From: Dendrobates tinctorius
Taxonomy: Eukaryota
Direction of reading: 5' to 3'
Assembly (NCBI RefSeq): GCF_039654945.1
Contig: NW_027361918.1
Span: 6,138,001-6,202,000, forward strand
Length of the DNA stretch: 64,000 nucleotides
Shown in pieces: positions 25,111-64,000 of this stretch (its first letter is position 1; each line of letters starts with the position of its first letter). Both the position numbers and the translations under genes were made by a program. The notes under the pieces were generated by a model. The model was not told the origin of the DNA. It saw only the letters and a program-made list of their open reading frames with translations, and searched no databases.

Positions 25111-28100
25111 ATGGAAAGCCAGAGGACCAAGTGTAGCCGCGGAGTGTGCCTGCTCCTGGCCTGTCTCATCGCCAGCCTCCAGGGGGCAGGTGAGAATACC
25201 GGGGTCAGACGGGCAGTGCCTATCGTTCCTAACAATGGGGATTTCGTCTCAACCATTGGCAGACAATTGTGACAACAGTAGCCTGGTGATGGTGCAAGCT
25301 ACAGGAGTACAGGGTGTAGGACTACAGGTGTGTGGGGGTACAGAGATGAGGGGGTGCGAGCTGTCGGTACAGTGCTTTGTAGGTACAGGAATTAGAGGGT
25401 GCGAGCTGTCGATACAGGGCTATGTAGGTACAGGAATTAGAGGGTGCGAGCTGTCATTACAGGGCTATGTAGGTACAGGGGTGAGAGCTGTCGGTACAGG
25501 GCTTTGTAGGTACAGGAATGAGGGGGTGCGAGCTGTCGTTACAGGGCTATGTAGGTACAGGAATGAGCGGGTGCGAGCTGTCGGTACAGGGCTATGTAGG
25601 TACAGGAATTAGAGGGTGCGAGCTGTCGGTACAGGGCTTTGTAGGTACAGGAATGAGGGGGTGCGAGCTATCGGTACAGGGCTGTGTAGGTACAGGAATG
25701 AGGGGATGCGAGCTGTCGGTACAGGGCTATGTAGGCACAGGAATTAGAGGGTGCGAGCTGTCGGTACAGGGCTATGTAGGCACAGGAATTAGAGGGTGCG
25801 AGCCGTCGGTACAGGGCTATGTAGGCACAGGAATTAGAGGGTGCGAGCCGTCGTTACAGGGCTATGTAGGTACAGGGGTGCGAGCTGTCGTTACAGGGCT
25901 ATGTAGGTACAGGAATTAGAGGTTGCGAGCTGTCATTACAGGGCTATGTAGGTACAGGGGTGAGAGCTGTCGGTACAGGGCTTTGTAGGTACAGGAATTA
26001 GAGGGTGCGAGCCGTCGTTACAGGGCTATGTAGGTACAGGGGTGCGAGCTGTCGGTACAGGGCTTTGTAGGTACAGGAATTAGAGGGTGCGAGCTGTCGT
26101 TACAGGGCTATGTAGGTACAGGGGTGCGAGCTGTCGGTACAGTGCTTTGTAGGTACAGGAATTAGAGGGTGCGAGCTGTCGTTACAGGGCTATGTAGGTA
26201 CAGGAATTAGAGGGTGCGAGCTGTCATTACAGGGCTATGTAGGTACAGGGGTGAGAGCTGTCGGTACAGGGCTTTGTAGGTACAGGAATGAGGGGGTGCG
26301 AGCTGTCGTTACAGGGCTATGTAGGTACAGGAATGAGGGGGTGCGAGCTGTCGGTACAGGGCTTTGTAGGTACAGGAATGAGGGGGTGCGAGCTGTCGGT
26401 ACAGGGCTATGTAGGTACAGGAATTAGAGGGTGCGAGCCGTCGGTACAGGGCTATGTAGGTACAGGAATTAGAGGGTGCGAGCCGTCGTTACAGGGCTAT
26501 GTAGGTACAGGGGTGCGAGCTGTCGGTACAGGGCTTTGTAGGTACAGGAATTAGAGGGTGCGAGCTGTCGTTACAGGGCTATGTAGGTACAGGGCTGCGA
26601 GCTGTCGGTACAGGGCTTTGTAGGTACAGGAATAAGAGGGTGCGAGCTGTCATTACAGGGCTATGTAGGTACAGGGGTGAGAGCTGTCGGTACAGGGCTT
26701 TGTAGGTACAGGAATGAGGGGGTGCGAGCTGTCGTTACAGGGCTATGTAGGTACAGGAATGAGGGGGTGCGAGCTGTCGGTACAGGGCTGTGTAGATACA
26801 GGAATTAGAGGGTGCGAGCTGTCGTTACAGGGCTATGTAGGTACAGGGGTGAGGGGGTGCGAGCTGTCGGTACAGGGCTTTGTAGGTACAGGAATGAGAG
26901 GGTGCGAGCTGTCGGTACAGGGCTTTGTAGGTACAGGAATGAGAGGGTGCGAGCTGTCGGTACAGGGCTTTGTAGGTACAGGGGCGAGAGGGTGCGAGCT
27001 GTCGGTACAGGGCTGTGTAGGTACTGGAATGAGAGGGTGCGAGCTGTCGGTACAGGGCTGTGTAGGTACAGGAATGAGGGGGTGTGAGCTGTCGGTACAG
27101 GGCTGTGTAGGTACAGGAATGAGAGGGTCCGAGCTGTCGGTACAGGGGCGAGAGGGTGCGAGCTGTCGGTACAGGGCTGTGTAGATACAGGGGTGCGAGC
27201 TATCGTTACAGGGCTGTGTAGGTACAGGAATGAGAGGGTGCGAGCTATCGGTACAGGGCTGTGTAGGTACTGGAATGAGAGGGTGCGAGCTGTCGGTACA
27301 GGGCTGTGTAGGTACAGGAATGAGGGGGTGTGAGCCGTCGGTACAGGGCTTTGTAGGTACAGGGGCGAGAGGGTGCGAGCTTTCGGTACAGGGCTGTGTA
27401 GGTACAGGGGTGAGGGAGTGCGAGCTGTCTGTACAGGGGTAAGGGGGTGCGAGCTGTCTGTATAGGGGTGTGTAGGTACAGGAATGAGGGGGTGTGAGCT
27501 GTCGGTACAGGGCTATGTAGGTACAGGGGCGAGAGGGTGCAAGCTGTTGGTACAGGGCTGTGTAGGTACAGGGGTGAGGGAGTGCGAGCTGTCTGTACAG
27601 GGGTGAGGGGGTGCGAGCTGTCGGCACAGGGCTTTGTAGGTGCAGGGGTGAGAGCTGTCGGTACAGGGCTGTGTAGGTACAGGGGTGAGGGAGTGCGAGC
27701 TGTCGGTACAGGGCTTTGTAGGTGCAGGGGTGAAGGGGTGCGAGCTGTCGGTACAGGGCTTTGTAGGTGCAGGGGTGAGGGGGTGCGAGCTGTCGGTACA
27801 GGGCTTTGTAGGTGCAGGGGTGAGGGGGTGCGAGCTGTCGGTACAGGGCTTTGTAGGTGCAGGGGTGAGGGGGTGCGAGCTGTCGGTACAGGGCTTTGTA
27901 GGTGCAGGGGTGAGGGGGTGCGAGCTGTCGGTACAGGGCTGTGTAGGTACAGGGGTGAGGGGGGTGCGAGCTGTCGGTGCAGGGGTGAGAGCTGTCGGTA
28001 CAGGGCTTTGTAGGTATAGGGGTGAGGGGGGTGCGAGCTGTCGGTACAGGGCTGTGTAGATACAGGGGTGAGAGGGTGCAAGCTGTCGGTACAGGGCTGT

Positions 28101-30564
28101 GTAGATACAGGGGTGAGAGGGTGCGAGCTGTCGGTACAGGGCTATGTAGGTACAGGAATGAGAGGGCGCGAGCTGTCGTTACAGGGCTGTGTACGTCCAG
28201 GGGTGAGGGGGTGCGAGCTGTCGGTACAGGGCTTTGTAGGTACAGGGATGCGGGGCTGTGTACAGGGGTACGTGGTTACCCGGCTGTATAGGTGCAGGGG
28301 TACGTGGTTACCCGGCTGTATAGGTGCAGGGGTACCTGGTTACCCGGCTGTATAGGTGCAGGGGTACCTGGTTACCCGGCTGTATAGGTGCAGGGGTACC
28401 TGGTTACCCGGCTGTATAGGTGCAGGGGTACCTGGTTACCCGGCTGTATAGGTGCAGGGGTACCTGGTTACCCGGCTGTATAGGTACAGGGGTACCTGGT
28501 TACCCGGCTGTATAGGTACAGGGGTACCTGGTTACCCGGCTGTATAGGTACAGGGGTACGTGGTTACCCGGCTGTATAGGTACAGGGGTACCTGGTTACC
28601 CGGCTGTATAGGTGCAGGGGTACCTGGATACCCGGCTGTATAGGTACAGGAGTACCTGGATACCCGGCTGTATAGGTGCAGGGGTACCTGGATACCCGGC
28701 TGTATAGGTGCAGGGGTACCTGGATACCCGGCTGTATAGGTACAGGGGTACGCGGTTACCCGGCTGTATAGGTACAGGGGTACCTGGTTACCTGGCTGTA
28801 TAGGTACAGGGACGCCGGGCTGTAGAGGTTTGGGCCACGGCAGCATTTGCTTTACCAGATACAAGAGACGTGGAATCGCATGGAAGATAAATGGATTCAC
28901 CCTCCGAGGTCACGACCGGCCCACGCCACCTCCGGGGCTCTGCGGTACCACGCTGGGTGCAGATATGGCGACTCCAGCACATTGACCAATTCTTAGACTT
29001 GACTACGCACCCGGGAGGGAGAGTTTCCAGTGGAGCAGACGCCATTTCTTAGCGGTTTCCTCCGGCGGTTTTTCTAAATTTCTCCTCTTTTTCTGTTTTT
29101 TCCTCCATGTCCAATAATGTATCCACCGCTCATCACCGACGCCCTCACTGCGACCAACAATGTGTCCACCGCTCATCACCGACGCCCTCACTGTGACCAA
29201 CGTGTCCACCGCTCATCACTGACGCCCTCACTGTGACCAACCATGTGTCCACCGCTCATCACTGACGCCCTCACTGCAACCGTGTCCACCGCTCATCACC
29301 GACGCCATCACTGCGACCAACGTGTCCACCGCTCATCACCGACGCCCTCTCTGCGACCAACAATGTGTCCACCGCTCATCACCGACGCCCTCACTGCGAC
29401 CAACAATGTGTCCACCGCTCATCACGGACGCCCTCTCTGCGACCAACAATGTGTCCACCGCTCATCATTGACGCCCTCTCTGCGACCAACAATGTGTCCA
29501 CCGCTCATCACCGACGCCCTCACTGCAACCAACAATGTGTCCACCGCTCATCACTGACGCCCTCTCTGCAACCAACGCACAGCGGCGCAAAACACCACCT
29601 TCACAGGTACGTCTACATGCCGCAGCTAGTCTCCGCCACTGCAGAGCCGCAACAGGGCAACTAATCGTACATGTTCCTCGCAGGGGTCCCTGGCTGGGGT
29701 GTGGCGCTCCTGGTGATGATATCACTGATCCTCTCATTTCTGCTGCTCGTCATGATCTGCCTGGTAAGAGCCGTCCCCCGAAGACAGCAGCTCCTCCCCT
29801 CGAGCCCAGTAGTGGACCCCAGAGCGGCTCCTTCGTCCGATCCCAGTAACGACCCCCCAGGGGGGCTTCCTCTTCTCGAGCCCAGTAACATCCACTAGGG
29901 GGGCTCCTCTTCTCGAGCCCAGTAACAGCCCCCCAGGGGGGCTTCCTCTTCTCGAGCCCAGTAACATCCACTAGGGGGGCTCCTCTTCCCGAGGCCAGTA
30001 ACGGCCCCCCAGGGGGGGCTTCCTCTTCTCGAGCCCAGTAACATCCACTAGGGGGGCTCCTCTTCTCGAGGCCTGTAACATCCACTAGGGGGGCTTCCTC
30101 TTCTCGAGGCCTGTAACATCCCCTAGGGGGGCTTCCTCTTCTCGAGCCCAGTAACAGCCCCCCAGGGGGGCTTCCTCTTCTCGAGCCCAGTAACAGCCCC
30201 CCAGGGGGGCTTCCTCTTCTCGAGCCCAGTAACATCCACTAGGGGGGCTCCTCTTCTAGAGGCCAGTAACTGCCCCCAAGGGGGGCTCCTCTCCTCGAGC
30301 CCAGTAACTGCCCCCCCCCCAGGGGGGCTTCCTTTCCTTCCATGTGGCAGAAATGTCTCTCCTCTGTGATCATTTCCCCATTAGTGTAGAGATTGTGCAG
30401 TAATGCGGGGGTCGGCAGTTGTGCAGGGTCCATGTGTGTCCACTCCCTGCTGGTGTGGTTGGGGGTATGGTGAGGTCGGGGGTACGGCACCATCTAGACA
30501 GACATTCATTGGATTCTGTTTTCTAATACAGCCCCTGCTGAGGAATCAACGAAGGGGAAACTGA
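25111..30564 (+). CDS. Predicted spliced small type-I membrane glycoprotein with MUC1-like transmembrane segment (~71-76 aa)
   Basis: Exons 25111-25189, 29583-29606, 29684-29763, optional 30385-30399, and 30532-30564. All GT-AG and phase-compatible (1,1,0,0). Product MESQRTKCSRGVCLLLACLIASLQGAAAQNTTFTGVPGWGVALLVMISLILSFLLLVMICL[CRDCA]PLLRNQRRGN*. AATAAA at 30674. The 3' exon choice is uncertain. Confidence 0.65.
25345..28255. repeat. Minisatellite, ~45-bp unit with 35-bp variants (intron 1 of the small gene)
   Basis: Tandem gtgcgagctgtcggtacagggctatgtaggtacaggaattagagg. Confidence 0.95.
28256..28812. repeat. Minisatellite, 32-bp unit
   Basis: Tandem taggtgcaggggtacctggttacccggctgta. Confidence 0.95.
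29115..29575. repeat. Minisatellite, 40-43-bp unit ending at the micro-exon acceptor
   Basis: Tandem ccaacaatgtgtccaccgctcatcaccgacgccctcactgcga; the unit is not a multiple of 3. Confidence 0.92.
29795..30335. repeat. Minisatellite, 37-39-bp unit
   Basis: Tandem ctcgagcccagtaacatccactaggggggctcctctt and variants. Confidence 0.92.
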
Positions 30565-30673
30565 TCCAGCGTGGAGACCACCAATCCGCCATGGAGACCA
30601 CCGATCCGCCATGGAGACCAGCATCACGGAGTCGCTCGTTACATTGTATCACTGCTGTATATTGTTACTTGTG

Positions 30674-30679
30674 AATAAA
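30674..30679 (+). terminator. Polyadenylation signal of the small gene
   Basis: AATAAA 110 nt after the predicted stop, in an AT-rich context. Confidence 0.6.
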
Positions 30680-30945
30680 ATTGAGTTTTGACCGGATCTG
30701 TCCCGATTCTGCGTCCTGTTAATAGTGGAGAGTGTGGGGTCCGGCCAAGCACAGGGACACGCTGGGGGGCGTAGGTATCTGGGGTCTCCGCCAACACTTA
30801 GATGTAGTTCCCACCACAAGATGTATAGGTCTGGATGTGACTGTGCGGGCGAATGTTAACCCGCGAGCTGCCGCACTCTGGCCACACCCACGAGCTACCG
30901 CACTCTGGCCACACCCACGAGGAGTCAGAACTGTGCACAATTCCA

Positions 30946-30951
30946 TTTATT
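30946..30951 (-). terminator. Polyadenylation signal of CAD
   Basis: tttatt on the + strand (AATAAA on -), about 330 nt after the CAD stop. Confidence 0.7.
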
Positions 30952-31278
30952 TAGAAAAAGGAGGAATGTAAGCAAAAAAAAATCACGAGGTGCTGCTCAT
31001 CAGTCCAACCGCCCTGCTGTCCTCACCCGCACACAAAACCGGTGGGTGAGGCAGGAAGACAGAGAAACCAGTCCTGCCATAAGGGGTGCTTTACTGCCTG
31101 CTTAAAAATTCCCCGGATGGGCGTGGCCTCAGGCGGAAGTCAAGTAGGAGGAGCCTCACTGGGTAACAGTAGAAAGATATGACAGGTGGGCATCCATAGA
31201 ACAGTCTGGAACCAGCCCAGGGACCAGGACACGTGGGGGAGGGGCAGCACAGAGTCACATGGTGCTCCGAGGGAAGGA

Positions 31279-62156
<30,878 letters not shown>

Positions 62157-62700
62157 GTGGTGAGCGGCTACTGCTCGGCCAGGCCGGATACCCAGACACG
62201 TGTTCTCGGAGTGGGTGGAGCCAAGGTGAAGGGCGGGACTGGAGCAGGCAGAAGCAATGAGAATATGGAGGCTGGGGGGCGGAGACTAGCGGCTCATTAA
62301 CTCCAAGATGGGAGGAGTCACAGCTCAGTCAGCGGCAATAGCAGAAAAGGCCACGCCCCGGGGCGGGCACAAGCACGCCTATAAATAGTCTGCCGGAGGC
62401 AAGCAGAGGAGAGGGAATGCCAGTCTGGTTCTCAGGTATGCCGGCAGCTGCTGGACGCCCCGCACCGCCCCGCACCGCACCGCACTCTTCCTGCAATTTC
62501 ACGCAGTTAGCTTGTAGCAGCTCTGAGCATCGCAACCAATCAGAGCGCGTGATTCACGTGTCCCGACAGGTAGCAGGATGTCAGCCACGCTGTGATTGGC
62601 TGTAGGATCCTGTCAGCCAATACTGAGTGTTGTCAGATCAGAGGAGCGCTGTAACCACGGCAACCACCGGCCGCACAGACCCGGCCACGTGACGTGCAGT
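62157..62700 (-). promoter_or_regulatory. CAD 5'UTR/promoter (CpG-rich; E-boxes, GC boxes, CCAAT boxes)
   Basis: CACGTG at 62197, 62555 and 62686; GGGCGGG at 62231 and 62361; CCAAT/ATTGG at 62536, 62595 and 62617; CTATAAATAG at 62379. Mammalian cad is a known Myc/E-box- and Sp1-driven promoter. Confidence 0.75.
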
Positions 62701-62774
62701 AACACGCTCGCGTTAGAGGAGACCCCCCATGAGGTGGTTTGGGGGGGTGATGAGGGAACTCGGTGGAGGACAAG

Positions 62775-64000
62775 GGTGGGCTCAGCGGAGGCATCTCGTG
62801 GGGGGTGACGAGGGGGCGGGCTCAGCGGAGGCATCTCGTGGGGGGTGACGAGGGGGCGGGCTCAGCGGAGGCATCTCGTGGGGGGTGACGAGGGGGCGGG
62901 CTCTGCGGAGGCGTCTCGTGGGGGGTGACGAGGGGGCGGGCTCAGCGGAGGCGTCTCGTGGGGAGTGACGAGGGGGCGGGCTCAGCGGAGGCATCTCGTG
63001 GGGGGTGACGAGGGGGCGGGCTCAGCGGAGGCGTCTCGTGGGGGGTGACGAGGGGGCGGGCTCAGCGGAGGCATCTCGTGGGGGGTGACGAGGGGGCGGG
63101 CTCAGCGGAGGCATCTCGTGGGGGGTGACGAGGGGGCGGGCTCAGCGGAGGCATCTCGTGGGGGGTGACGAGGGGGCGGGCTCAGCGGAGGCATCTCGTG
63201 GGGGGTGACGAGGGGGCGGGCTCAGCGGAGGCATCTCGTGGGGAGTGACGAGGGGGCGGGCTCAGCGGAGGCATCTCGTGGGGAGTGACGAGGGGGCGGG
63301 CTCAGCGGAGGCATCTCGTGGGGGGTGACGAGGGGGCGGGCTCAGCGGAGGCATCTCGTGGGGGGTGACGAGGGGGCGGGCTCAGCGGAGGCATCTCGTG
63401 GGGGGTGACGAGGGGGCGGGCTCAGCGGAGGCGTCTCGTGGGGAGTGACGAGGGGGCGGGCTCAGCGGAGGCGTCTCGTGGGGGGTGACGAGGGGGCGGG
63501 CTCAGCGGAGGCATCTCGTGGGGGGTGACGAGGGGGCGGGCTCAGCGGAGGCATCTCGTGGGGGGTGACGAGGGGGCGGGCTCAGCGGAGGCATCTCGTG
63601 GGGGGTGACGAGGGGGCGGGCTCAGCGGAGGCATCTCGTGGGGGGTGACGAGGGGGCGGGCTCAGCGGAGGCATCTCGTGGGGGGTGACGAGGGGGCGGG
63701 CTCAGCGGAGGCATCTCGTGGGGAGTGACGAGGGGGCGGGCTCAGCGGAGGCATCTCGTGGGGAGTGACGAGGGGGCGGGCTCAGCGGAGGCATCTCGTG
63801 GGGGGTGACGAGGGGGCGGGCTCAGCGGAGGCATCTCGTGGGGGGTGACGAGGGGGCGGGCTCAGCGGAGGCATCTCGTGGGGGGTGACGAGGGGGCGGG
63901 CTCAGCGGAGGCGTCTCGTGGGGAGTGACGAGGGGGCGGGCTCAGCGGAGGCGTCTCGTGGGGGGTGACGAGGGGGCGGGCTCAGCGGAGGCATCTCGTG
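62775..64000. repeat. 40-bp GC-rich satellite running off the window (>=30 copies)
   Basis: Tandem ctcagcggaggcatctcgtggggggtgacgagggggcggg. Confidence 0.97.

Noticed and set aside
28859-28890. Possible extra exon after tttgctttaccag
   Set aside because: In the required phase it reads DTRDVESHGR then TAA, with no donor.
29115-29575. Thr/Ser/Pro-rich repeat as a mucin VNTR exon of the small gene
   Set aside because: Units are 40-43 bp (frame-breaking) and the upstream pyrimidine tract ends in ATG, not AG. Treated as intronic, though a decayed exon cannot be excluded.

Overview
Vertebrate genomic DNA, most likely a frog (anuran-type MITEs, hAT termini and DIRS/L1 families), in two sharply different domains. 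(1) ~1-24.5 kb is a pile of decayed, nested transposons whose junctions are still readable. A Chapaev3-like transposase is interrupted by a solo LTR and by a 6-kb hAT element, which itself carries a Tc1 and a second solo LTR. A minus-strand DIRS retrotransposon has its tyrosine recombinase interrupted by a 5'-truncated L1 and a third solo LTR. MITEs, Tc1 pieces and a Helitron-like 3' end are also present. (2) ~24.9-64 kb is GC-rich and nearly transposon-free. It holds a complete 44-exon CAD gene on the minus strand (62156->31279, about 2238 aa, two GC-AG introns); nearly every long intron is filled by its own minisatellite. Tail-to-tail with CAD is a plus-strand spliced gene that the ORF track misses. 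It predicts a ~71-76 aa protein: signal peptide, ~10-residue ectodomain with one N-glycan site, MUC1-like transmembrane segment and short basic tail. This micro-glycoprotein gene is the best novelty candidate. Most long ORFs in the track beyond 25 kb are tandem-repeat artefacts. All coordinates, counts and family assignments were read by eye; no searches were run.
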